Origin: Perkinsus chesapeaki ATCC PRA-425
Lineage: Eukaryota > Protista > Perkinsozoa
Direction of reading: 5' to 3'
DNA: 40,119 bases
Assembly (NCBI GenBank): GCA_013115145.1
Contig: JAAPAO010000318.1
Location: forward strand, 1 to 40,119
The stretch's first letter is position 1; every line of letters begins with the position of its first letter. The translations under genes and the position numbers were made by a program. The notes below the pieces were generated by a model. The model did no database searches and was not told the origin of the DNA. It saw nothing but the letters and a program-made list of their open reading frames with translations. Positions 10,777-21,982 of the stretch are shown here, in pieces.

Positions 10777-13158
10777 ATGCTTCGACGTAACGTACGGCTG
10801 AGAAAGGAGTATCTATATAAGAAGGCACTGGAGGAAAAGGAGCGTAATTAGGGGATAGAGCGGTATGGCTTCTAAGGCAATATAGGCACTACTCTGGATA
10901 AGAAGCGCAAGCTTAGGGAGGCACTCGAGCAGAATAAAGCGGTCCCGACCGAGCTACGTGGAGATACTAAATTGAGGACAACACTCGATCTGGAGGATGA
11001 TAGGACGAAGGTCATATTGGGAGGTTTGGGGAACTCGTCTTGACGGGGACGCATTTTAAACCGTCAATACCGATATTACTGTGTAGATGCAGTTTTGCTT
11101 GGATGTGGCATATTTAGTGATCTATCCTAATCGTGGTGTAGGGGAATTGAATGTCTGGAGCGACAAGTTATCTTGTAGCGGTATCCTGTCCTATTGCATT
11201 TTCTTTTTGGACCATCTGAAGTCCGATAAATTCTGCTATTAGTTTATATAGATTGGAGGTAGACTGCTGTCTCGTATGGGCTCACGTTACACTACCGTTG
11301 TTACCCTGATGTGGTTCCCTTAGCAGCTCTACGGAGGACTTCCGCGGCAATCGTTACGGTTCATTTCTGCGTTCTTATAAGGAATACAGCTGTAATTGTT
11401 ATCAAGCATCTGCACTTGGTTCGCCCAAGTCTGACATGCTCTACAATCTACGGTCTTTCCGTCTTAGGCCTCTGTGTCAGTGTGGAGGGACACTCTTATT
11501 GTGTGGTATTATGTTCCTATAGCATCACCTGCATAGGCTGATTCGAGTTGCTTCCTCTCAAGCTGCTCTTCGGTGTAGCTTCCAACTCAGCTGTACTAAG
11601 CTGCTGGAGTTCATTACCGCTCGCCTGTGCTTGTTTGTATTTTATATTGCCAGCCCGAGGTCCAGTTTAACTCTTTTCAATGTCGCTTCAAAAGGTTTAC
11701 TCTTTCACCGCGAAAGATATCTGTTTAGTAGCGTTAGCGAGTTCTCGGGCCGCTGGATCGACTGTGGGTTGGCTGTCAGGTTCAAAGATTGGCCATCGAT
11801 GACGAGTATCAGTATCTTGGGGTCCGTGAGCCGAGAGTGCTAGTGACCACCAGCCGCAATCCTAGCTCCAGGTAGGGAGGGAGGTATGGAGGAATTCTGT
11901 GGCGCAGTGACGGTTTAGATTGGGGAAGTTTGTGAAGGAAGTGCGGTTACTTATACCGAACAGTCAGCGTATTAATCGAGGAACGTACGTGATGAAGGAT
12001 TTGGTGGATCTATGTCGGAAGAACGACATCACAGATATGGTAGCAGCGTGTCACCAGCCGTGTCACCATCATGACCATTGTTTAGGTTATCGTTCACGAG
12101 CATCGAGGCCAGCCAGATGGGCTTATCGTGTCACATTTGCCTTATGGACCGACTGCTTACTTTGGCCTTACTGATGTTGTAATATCAGGGCATTAGCGGC
12201 GTATCCGAATGTGGTGTTAGTCTACTATTCCCATTTAAGAGCTACTTCCTGTAAATGACTTTGTCGTTCGAAGACTGCTCGAAAAGCGGAGTTATTCTGT
12301 ATTAATTTTCATACCAAATCTCATCAAGCTTGGACTAGGTTTCCAGAATCTCCTAGTTACAAAACTCTCCTCTCAAAATCTGCAAAAAACAGTTAAGGAT
12401 TTCCGGCACTTCAACTGTTACGTACTCTCGAGATTACGCGTACTGTAGAAATCTCTTCAAGCCTTGAAGAGTCTTTTGAAGTTCAAGGGACTGTCATATC
12501 TCCGCGCAGCCAGCTTACGAGCTGCTCAGTCCTGCCTGTTGTTCCATCACCTCACGTCCTTATGCACCCTCGAGTACTGCTGTACCTGTAGTTTGGTAAC
12601 TCCTTGTCACTGTGTAGGTATTGCGCCACGATCTGCCAGAGAAGCCACCGAACATGCCGGAGACATATCCCCATTTGATATTCCACGACTTTGGCGGCAA
12701 CATCGGTACGACTGGGCTGGGGGTGTGCTGGTAGGCATAGCGTTGTTCAGGAACTCGAGTTCAGACTATCTTATCGGCGCTATTTCCTCCGTCCAAGCCC
12801 GACAGTAAGTGTCTGGGGCGGGGATCGAACTTGTGCGGGCGAGGTGTACACGGGTTCTGCTAGGTACACGTACGATAACCTTCGCCAATGACGGTGGTGA
12901 CTGCATTGGTTTCCGCCATCACACTTTCGAGAAGCCAACGAAAGCCATGAAGAACAGAGGCGACGTGAAGCCAGAAGATATCAAGCTATTCGAGCAGGTC
13001 GGTGTCCCCTCCTTGTGTGCATTATCACTCCTCCTCCTCAGGGTCCCCGGTTTAATATGCACCTCTATCGCCTAGAGCTTGGAACGCTTGACATGCCTGA
13101 TGTGAAGACGGAATGGGTTCTAAGGCCCCACTTCAACAAACAGAAATCTGTACTTTAA
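10777..13158 (+). CDS. IMP4: U3 snoRNP / SSU processome protein Imp4 (Brix domain; multi-exon)
   Basis: [22 protein letters not shown]|[14 protein letters not shown]...VPTELR; IDDEY...[14 protein letters not shown]; [18 protein letters not shown]; [23 protein letters not shown]; YPHLIFHDF; [15 protein letters not shown]. Confidence 0.95.
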
Positions 13159-13325
13159 TAACAGCGTTACTGAGATGGTGTTGAGGTTTTGGTTTTAGGT
13201 TCTGGCGGGCCAAGCTATACTGGAAGAGTGAGGCTTATTGTTGCTGACCGGTCGAAAGACTAACTGTCCATTCACCAGACAAACGTTTCTCCTTGTTAAT
13301 GAGAGATTTGAGTGGGGAGTAGAAA

Positions 13326-13400
13326 TGCCTCTACCGGGGATCGAACCCGGGTCGTTTGGATGAAAGTCGCGCGCGTCTTTGTGATCGATTAAATTGGAAC
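13326..13400 (-). pseudogene. tRNA-derived remnant (3' half resembles tRNA-Glu(TTC))
   Basis: Minus strand reads CTTTCATCCAAACGACCCGGGTTCGATCCCCGGTAGAGGCA: perfect T-arm CCGGG/TTCGATC/CCCGG and a tRNA-like 3' end, but the 5' half cannot pair the acceptor or anticodon stems. Confidence 0.6.
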
Positions 13401-13653
13401 TTGACTACGCATCTACTGCTAGCACTGGCAGATTGCTGTTCCGCTAATTCTGAACTATTATTGCTTCTGATATCTGAAATGGATATCATCTTTGAACACC
13501 TTCTAAAGCGAAAAAAAAGAAAGTGTAAAATTCAGTTTGTTTTTTACCAAAATTTATTCTACTCCGCCATCCCCGTCCTTCACTCCGTCGCTCTTGTCGG
13601 AGAGTCGAGAAGGTATTGACCATCAACACCACCGGCAGCCGAGTGATGAATTG

Positions 13654-14771
13654 ATGATGATGGCCGACGTGCTTGTCAATAATAATGTAACTAAATGCAT
13701 CTGTAAAGTGGAAGAGATGCCCTTCAGGTTGCCGATGACTGCCATATCGATCTCGGTCCTCTGTTCCCGACGCAATCATCATCATCCGACGGACCTGAGA
13801 TGGAAAGCCCGCTGTCGGTTCCGTTGTTTCCGAACCCTAATTTACTTGATAACAGCGGCACCTTCGTTCCGAGTCTTAGCCTCGTAACGGCTCCCGTGGA
13901 CAATAACAGACTCGGTGGTTCTAGCAGTACGAGCCCGAGGTCAGCTGGAAGCTGTTCGAGCAGTGGCGGCGGGGGCAGCAGCCCTTCGAAGACTAAAAGA
14001 GCTATTAGAAATAAAGGGAAATGCGCCTATCCATTAGGATGCAATAAATACCGTCAAAATGGTAAGCCGTTGGCAATGCTGCAGCCTTTTTTGAAGTACA
14101 CCAGTAGGCACAAGATTCTGTGTGAAGCACGGTGGTGTGCGGCGTTGCGCAGTGGCAGGGTGTCCCAATGCTGCTAAGAGAGGGGACAACTCCCGAGCTG
14201 TGTAAGAAGATGTCATTCACTCTCAATTGGTCATTTTCCGTTTAGTTTCTGTATTCGGCACGGCGGCGGTAAATCCTGTCGTGTTCCCGGTTGTGGCGTA
14301 TCTGCTCGCGGCTCCACTGGATATTGCTACAAGCATCGGAAACTAGCTGAATCGAGACCACGGAAGGACTCGGCGGCCTCGACAGTCTCGGGATCTAGCT
14401 CTGAGCTTTCCCAATGCGATCAGAGCAGCCTTCAATTGGGGACAATAGAAGTCCCCAGTCTTGCACTAAATGCAGGAGAGTCAATGGACTTTAGCGATGC
14501 GATGGTCACGGCAGCTGCGGAGGCTGCTGCAGCAGCAGCAGCGGGCTCAGCACCCGAGTCCCCTCAGTGGAGCTCATTTGCTAACTCTTGGAATGGATAT
14601 CCGACTGCAGGGGGTATACCTTCCCTAGCGGCGTCGATGAACTTTATGGACCTCAGTGATGAGAAGTGGACCGACTTCCTTAAACCCATGGAACCATTGC
14701 CTGAATTATTAACAAACCATATTAATCCTAATTCCTCTTCTGATGCCACAGAGCAACTTCAGCTTTTTTAA
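13654..14771 (+). CDS. WRKY19-like C3H zinc-finger repeat protein, paralogue 1 (4 exons)
   Basis: Spliced: KCAYPLGCNKYRQN|..FCVKHGGVRRCAVAGCPNAAKRG...|FCIRHGGGKSCRVPGCGVSARGSTGYCYKH, followed by an acidic low-complexity tail; repeats of C-x4/5-C-x~12-C-x2-H-GG. Confidence 0.8.
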
Positions 14772-15546
14772 TAGCAAGTGTAGCTGTCATTTAGGCCGTC
14801 TTGGATCTTCTACAGTATTACACTTTCCCTCCTCTGTACTTTATCAATTCCATAAGTTGTTTTGTAGCCTCATCATCTAATTATCCTCCTATCATCTGCC
14901 AGAGGGGGGCGGTCAGAAGAATCAAAGGGACTCCTCTCGACATTGTGCGTTTGTTTCAAGCCCAATTTGAGGCATTAGTCCTCCTCCCCGGCAGCAGCAG
15001 GCCACCCTTCTCTGGTTGAAGCGTCGTCGTCGTCGTCGTTGTGGGTTCTCTATTTTTTATGTCATGTCCGACTATGCTGTTGATGCACTCCTGTGCAAGC
15101 TGTTCGTAGTCATCTGTCCGGTAGCTTCTAACTCAGTAACCGATTTAACTAGTTCTTGATTCACCACCACGCTTGTCCACTCGCTCGTCGCCAACTTGAT
15201 GCTACTGCTAGATATTTTAACTGTTCTTTCCTTAATCGCTGCAAATTCGCAGCAACTATATTGTAATGCTGCGTCTCGACCTCTATGCATGTTGAGTTTT
15301 GCCGAGTGCGAATCACGAAAACCCGTGAACGTGAAGACATCCTCCTCGTGCCTATCGACTGTCAAGCTTAAGCGAATGATTAAGTAGTGAGATGCCGACG
15401 TATACTCATTAAGCTTGAGCGATTAATTGAATAATAAAACTACAACTAGGAGCTGTGGAGTTCAACTACTGCCAAGTATAGATAGGTTGTTGATGTACCT
15501 GACCGTTGGACGTGTAGAGCTACTCCGGTAGAATATTCTCATTCAT

Positions 15547-16220
15547 ATGGCTGCTGCGACGGCAGCAGCAGGAGGCGTTCCGACGAAGAAGGGCGCGGAG
15601 AAGCGATGGCGGTGCAAGTTCGCCGGAGGATGTGACAAATACCGTCAAAACGGTGAGTTGATGTGGAAGCTCTTATATTATAAAAGTATTGGCTGCTCCT
15701 TCTCAGGGACTCGGTATTGTGTGAAGCATGGTGGCTCGCAAGCTTGTAGTTTCCCTGGTTGCACGGCAACTTCCAGGAAAGGCGGACAGGGAAGGTGTGA
15801 ATTAATGATGGCAAAATCCTCATTGTCCTTTCGACTAGCGATGCATCCTTGCATCTCATCAGGTATTGTATTCGCCATGGCGGGGGCAACCGCTGTACCT
15901 ATCCAGGCTGCCATACAGCTGCTAGAGGACGCACTGGTTACTGTTACCGTCATAGGAAGGGTATGGAAGACTTTAATAAGGATACATACTTTAATGACAC
16001 CATGTATTATCTACCAGACGATTGCCTTGTCACTCGCTTGCTGCAAGACATCGGCGACCAGTCTGGGTCATATCCCCCTTCCGAGCCCTCCACTGATGCT
16101 TCCTCCACGTCGGACTTGTCTCCGGCAGAGTCTACGTTGCCTAGTTTCTCTCCTTCTCAAAGCAGCTCCAGCCAGTTTTCTTACCCTGGCTTCGCTATGC
16201 CTATTATCTATCATCTATAA
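15547..16220 (+). CDS. WRKY19-like C3H zinc-finger repeat protein, paralogue 2 (3 exons)
   Basis: RCKFAGGCDKYRQN|GTRYCVKHGGSQACSFPGCTATSRKGGQG|RYCIRHGGGNRCTYPGCHTAARGRTGYCYRH, then a Ser/Pro-rich tail ending PIIYHL*. Confidence 0.8.
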
Positions 16221-16862
16221 TCTTTCTACTATTTATTACTGCGTGCTCAATGAACCGCTCGTTGAGGTTTTTTCGGTACAGTGCTCGCACTGGTATAGTG
16301 CACTACTTTACGGTTAGCTTTTTCTCTTTGCTACCGTAACTCAAACTCAACCGTCTTGGTTTTAGGAATCCATCAGTGATAGTTCGTTGTGTTCAGTCGA
16401 TGATACCATGACCCCGTCAGCCAGTACCAATGAATGTGGAATCAACGAAAACCGCTTCCATAAATTTGGCAACCCCTAGCCTCAACCCATGTTTACCTAG
16501 GGTGCGTCGGAGATACGCGTAGCGACGTCGTCGTGATGTGACAATCTCTAGCGCTTAACTTTTGAGTAATATTCGATACCCTCGACAAGAATGACGTAGC
16601 AGCCGTGCTTATATCAGCACGCAGGGCCCCACTGTTGGAATAGTTTCATACCCGCCTTGAACGAAACCTCCGCGGATGATAGCGCTTTAGAAGATGAAGG
16701 AAAGTTAAGTTGAGTTAGACCAGAAGGCATCCCCGCCTGTTTGTTAATCCCTAATACGTTACAATGGCGACATTGCCTTCTATTTGATCCATACTAAACT
16801 TGATAACCCAATACATGTGTTTAGTACAGGAAAGTGAGTAACGTTTGGTAAGCTAATGAAAT

Positions 16863-18950
16863 CTATGATAGATCCATAGCAGCCGGAGCAGTGAACTGTC
16901 GGAGGGATGGGAAGGGATCGTTGCCACCACCACCTAAAATCAATCAACGTAATCAATGACAGTGTGAAGGGCACCATTACCTCCAGCAGCGGCAAGGCCA
17001 GTAAGCACCTTATTGGTGCGGGTGTCCTCGGCGGCTGCTAGCTCCCTTCGGATCTCAATCGTAATCTGATAGCATAGTATTAATTACGATGAGCCAGCGT
17101 GTTGTGGTCGTCACCTCCTTATGTGGATGGGCCTTCATCACCGACTTCAAGGTTTGGATCTCAGATTGAGACAGCTCAAGTTTATACCTAAGAACGTTCA
17201 ATCAAGAAGGGGGAAATAAAACTCTTCATTATTGAATTATTTATCGACTATCGCTTCTCATTACCGCCTCCTTCGGTAAGGGTAACTACCTCTGAACAAA
17301 TGCCAGCAACGATTGATGCCAAAGGACTGGCATCTCCCTTTCATCCTCGATAAACCCCTTATAGTGCTCGACAACCGCAGATACCGCTCTCTTCGGCAGG
17401 GAGTATCTGACCGATCACATATTAACCATGGCAATACAAGGATTGGCTACTTCTTATTGATAATAGTTCTAATAGCGATGCTTGCAGTGGGGCCAGGCCA
17501 AGAGTGGCCGGACAGCTGACATAGTCTCACCAGTGCAGCGGCAGAGTGCAATACGGGAAGAGAGCACTTGGAAAGGACCTGGACGCCAACGAACTTACAT
17601 TTTAACAGTGTTGAATCCTAGGGTTTAGTCCGCACGAAACGCACCAAAGAGGTGATGGTCAATCGCCCCGCCCATACTACACTGCAAACTATAACTGCCT
17701 CTCGGATGGTACAAGTAGGGCAAAGGATCAACGGTAGGAAGATACCCTTGAACCAGGCTGCCGGCTTGAATGTAGCGGCCTGAGAAATGCATAGGGAACG
17801 TGTGGCGATTGGGCTACCTTGAGGGCTTCATAGTAATGGAAATTAAGGCGCTTATTAACAGCCATATCCTCTCGAACTGCCGGGAGCAACACCTGATAAC
17901 ACACAATGCCCGGCGAGCCGTGGTCAGGGAGACCTACGAGATTGAGGAATCTTTGAGCTTGCTTTGGGCTGAGGTTGGAGACGAATATCTTAGTGGCCTC
18001 TCTGGTGGCCGCTGGTGTCCATTCAACAGGGTTGGTGATGAAGAGCACCTACACAGGCGTAATACTTGCAGAAATTACAAAGCAAGGCTTTCCCACCTCC
18101 TCCCAGTTAATAAGGCTCGGTATTATCTTAAAGGCCTTCGGTATCTTACCCGACTTGTACGTGCTCAGCCACTTACCAATATCAGTGTACCTATGATGAC
18201 AACATCATCCACACGTTCCCATATCATTGCCACCCCTACACTCTAACAACCTGAGGGTTAATGGCCTCACTGGGATCCTCAGTTGACTGGACCTTCGACA
18301 CTCCCCCACTAGTACTGGCTTCTCGTTCACGGAGCTACGCGGCCGATACAAAACCGCCACGGCAATCTTTTTACTTTCTGCTCTATAATATCCGCCAATG
18401 TTAGCCGCTTGGGCTCCTCCTGGCCCGATCTGAAGTGCGCTTGAGCGGCCTCATCTTCATCAGTGACCTCCGCACCAATTTGAACCTGAGCGCTGCGATA
18501 CATACGGTCATTGACCGAGGTGCTCTTACGCGGCCGTCGGCATCAACCTCAACCTCTCCTTCTTCAACTTCAGGAGTCTGTTAGTGACAAATCTCGTCCC
18601 GTGCTGCCCAATAAGAATCCTACCTTCGATTCACCGTCCTCCGCCTCCTCCAATTGCTGTTGTTGAGCTGCCTTTAGAATACGTTCGGTGATTTTCGAAG
18701 GTACCGATTCGGCCGTCTAGACTCAAAGATATTTTATAGGTTAGAAGAGCCCCGCCCACCTCAGGCTCATCAGCAGCCTTACGCCTGCCTTTCTTCTCGC
18801 GGGGCACCTTCGAAATTCCGGCCTCGGCATCGGCCTAACAAAAATTCGATTCCTTCTATCTCTGATCATTCTTGCCTTTAGATCTTCTAGTAGAGGCCCG
18901 CTGCGGAGCTTCTTAGTATCAGCCACTGATGGTCGTGGAGCACGTGGCAT
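16863..18950 (-). CDS. BYSL: Bystin / Enp1 (40S biogenesis factor; multi-exon)
   Basis: [29 protein letters not shown]|[24 protein letters not shown]|..[13 protein letters not shown]; [24 protein letters not shown]|ITIEIRREL; ends APAAMDLS*. Confidence 0.92.
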
Positions 18951-19000
18951 GATGCAATGTATACAACGAGATCGACAAAAGGTAAACTGTAATAATGCAG

Positions 19001-19070
19001 AAAAACATCGAGCCTGGGGATCGAACCAGGATCGCTCTTCAAAGCAGATCTTACTTGGTTCATGCGTGTC
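19001..19070 (-). pseudogene. tRNA-derived remnant (Gln/Glu-like) with B box and oligo-T, just upstream of bystin
   Basis: Minus strand reads CTGCTTTGAAGAGCGATCCTGGTTCGATCCCCAGGCTCGATGTTTTT: B box, bulged T-arm, CTTTGAA loop-like heptamer and T5; no intact cloverleaf. Confidence 0.45.
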
Positions 19071-19989
19071 ACGCATTACTCACGTTTAAGGCGACTTAAG
19101 GCATCTACAAACCATCTTCACTAGAACTCCTTGCTTCCTTCGTATACTTAAAAATGGTAACGCTGCCAATGTGAGGTATATGGTATCGGACATTACATTA
19201 TATAGTACTCTACAATGTGTATCAAGCACTAGCCAGTGTACCAGAGTGCAGCTAAACAGTGTCACCATGGTGGGCGCTCCTTGCTGCATCGGAGCGTGTA
19301 CCTCGAACTGTTCGTTTTTCAGGGAGCCAGCTTGCGGTAAATTACTTCACATCCTAGTATCGTAGATTCCACCCTACGCTTTTGATATGTAACGCTAGCC
19401 TTGACTGTGCTATTAACGTCTGTGATGTACTGAATCTAGCATACACCACTTACATGAGCATTTCGTTTATATTTTTTCTAGGGGAAAGAATTTGATCCAT
19501 TACGACGCACTGCGAGGATAAGTGTTTTTCATGCCGCATTTATATCGTTGGCTGGTTCGTAGCCTTCATCCCCCAAGCAACTCGACAACTCATGGCACCT
19601 TCAACAATAATGTGAACTATGTACGCAAAATGTAACCGAGTGGGCGAGTGAATAAGAGGAAGGAAGGAGCATTGAGAAATATACAATGTGCTCAATGAAT
19701 TAACGAATCACAATTAGCATTCTTAATCACTGTTTTTGCTCTACAACTGTGCAGTGCTATACATATCTTTTAGCATCCGCGCACCCGATAGAATATACAT
19801 AGATGCACACACTAACACAGTCAGCTGCCCACCACACTCAAACACGTCTTGAGAAGGTTGTGCAATGGGCCACGGTTTACAATTTCTATGCGCACTTAAC
19901 ACAAATAAACGGGAAACGGAAAGGGATATACATGACGTAGGAGAAACCAGCCATTACTGGTCATATAGATAATTTATATATCAGAGCTC

Positions 19990-20832
19990 TCATGGAGCCC
20001 GAGTGTAGTTCTCACAAACACTAGGAGTGCATACTTGATCACCCTGATGGCAAACGGCAATATGAAGATACCATTTGCAGTGAGATCTCTCTCCGCCTAG
20101 GAGTCCAGGATTGAGGTCCTCGCAGTAGGCATCGCAATTGGAGCTCTGACCCATATGAAATATATCAGTGGTGGGTGCAACAGTAGGCTCACCGGCACCG
20201 CACACTGTAGGAGTGCAGACCTGGTTTCCACCCTGGCATACAGGCTGCGCCATCCACCATTTACAGTAGGAACCGACATCATTGAGATTTTGACAATGTA
20301 CGTCACATGTCGGAGAGTGATATAGATGAGGTCCATTAACAGCCGAAGGAGTTCTTGCAGTTGGCCAGGTCTGTGAGTTACAGACGGAAGTATCACCACA
20401 AGGCTGGTCACCGCCGCTGCAGACAGGAACGTCCTTCCACCATTTGCAGTAGGAAGAAGCGTCATTCAGACTCTGGCACATTTTGTCGCACTCGGGATCG
20501 AAGACGGAAGTACCAGTCGAAACAGAGGAGCCAGTCGTAACCGCCGGTCCACAGATATCCAGATTGCCACAAGCTTGATTACCACCTTGACATACAGCGT
20601 TGTCTTGCCACGACTTGCAGAAGGACTCGGCACCATTGAGGCTTTGACAATAGAGATCACAAGTGTGTCTTACGACATCATCACTGATGGTGGTGGTTGC
20701 AGTGGTGCTTGTGGCCGGACTGATGGTCGTTTGACCGTTGATGGCCGTGAACATGGCGGCACCAACGAAGACGGTTTTCAAGCTAGCCGACATTGGAACG
20801 AAATAAACAAGCTGAGAGAAGATTATATTCAT
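19990..20832 (-). CDS. Secreted protein with four 6-Cys modules separated by Thr/Ser/Pro linkers, intronless
   Basis: Signal-like MSASLKTVFVGAAMFTAING (likely start 20793); module consensus CDxxCQxLNxxxSYCKxWxxxPVCxGGxQxCxxxxC, four copies. Confidence 0.85.
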   Translation of the reverse strand: MNIIFSQLVYFVPMSASLKTVFVGAAMFTAINGQTTISPATSTTATTTISDDVVRHTCDLYCQSLNGAESFCKSWQDNAVCQGGNQACGNLDICGPAVTTGSSVSTGTSVFDPECDKMCQSLNDASSYCKWWKDVPVCSGGDQPCGDTSVCNSQTWPTARTPSAVNGPHLYHSPTCDVHCQNLNDVGSYCKWWMAQPVCQGGNQVCTPTVCGAGEPTVAPTTDIFHMGQSSNCDAYCEDLNPGLLGGERSHCKWYLHIAVCHQGDQVCTPSVCENYTRAP

Positions 20833-21982
20833 CTAATTCATAGATCTTTAATTAATAATAGCATATCTTCAAGTGTGACACCGACGAAACGAAACCGAAA
20901 GATATTCGAAGATTCTGCGGCGCGCTCGTCATTGAAAGCTGGCAGCTTGAAGCAGCAGTGATACGCGACCATCGATGTAAATCCAATTGGGCCATTTGGG
21001 CATTTGAAATGGCGAATGTCATCCGACGCTTGTCTTCCCAGCCGCTATTGACAAGCTAGCGAGAATAAAGGGGTTGCAGCCTGGTGTACTCGGCAGCCGG
21101 GGTGCCGCAGCCCTCGGGGGCCCTAACGTCAGATCGCTTGATCACACCAATCCAAGTGCCACGGCGGATTAGTACGGTAGACACTCTCTCAGAAATAGCG
21201 GGCTCCTTAATTGGATCTCTACAGGTTGTCTTACGTAACTGTAAAATTAAATACATGATACCGTAGTAACGCTGTTATTCATAGAGTGTTGTCGTCGGTT
21301 AGTCGGGAATTCACTGGACCTACTAGTTGCTGGTGCCAGGGCATCTACTAGTGGCACTAGGTACAGCATGTTACCGTGGCGGGAAACTTTGATGGTCCAG
21401 ATATTTTACCGGTGTGCTCAGATATTCACTAGAGAGTGCTGAGCTTCCGGAATTGCTGCTCGTACTTCTCAAACACAGTAGGGCTTCAAAAACGCTGTCC
21501 TATAGGAATGCACTGGATTCCAGTGACTGGAGTACTCCTAGGACCATCTGGTGAAGTGGTTGTTTGCTTCAACTTGGATCCAATGGCGGATCCGGCGAGA
21601 ACTCGAAATTTTGCCCTTGTTCTCGCATGACGACCGCTTCTGGACATGTCTGGATTCTTAGTGGGGCCTCAAAAGACGTTCAAGCTCCGAAAGCCCTTCG
21701 AAATCGATTTAGATGTGAATCTATTACATCTGTCAAACTATAGAACTCGGCGAATGAACGGAGATATCCAAACGTGGAAGCACTAAGCATAAACCTAGAG
21801 CATCCTCCCATAGAGAAATGATGGTGGGCATCTGAATGGGGAGGGACTACGAGTAAAATAGTAGGTGTAACTTATTGTTTGCCAGGATAGTATCCTTAGG
21901 ACTCATATCGTATATGAAGGTAGATGTGTAGATAACACATTGAGATAGCGTATGTTGTGGTTAATGCTCACCAGTTAGCCGG

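Noticed and set aside
13654-16220. True WRKY transcription factors
   Set aside because: No WRKYGQK motif; only the C3H-GG repeat found in WRKY19-like proteins is present.
10479-19070. Functional tRNA genes at 10479, 13326 and 19001
   Set aside because: Acceptor stems do not pair and D or anticodon arms are broken, so they are reported as remnants only.
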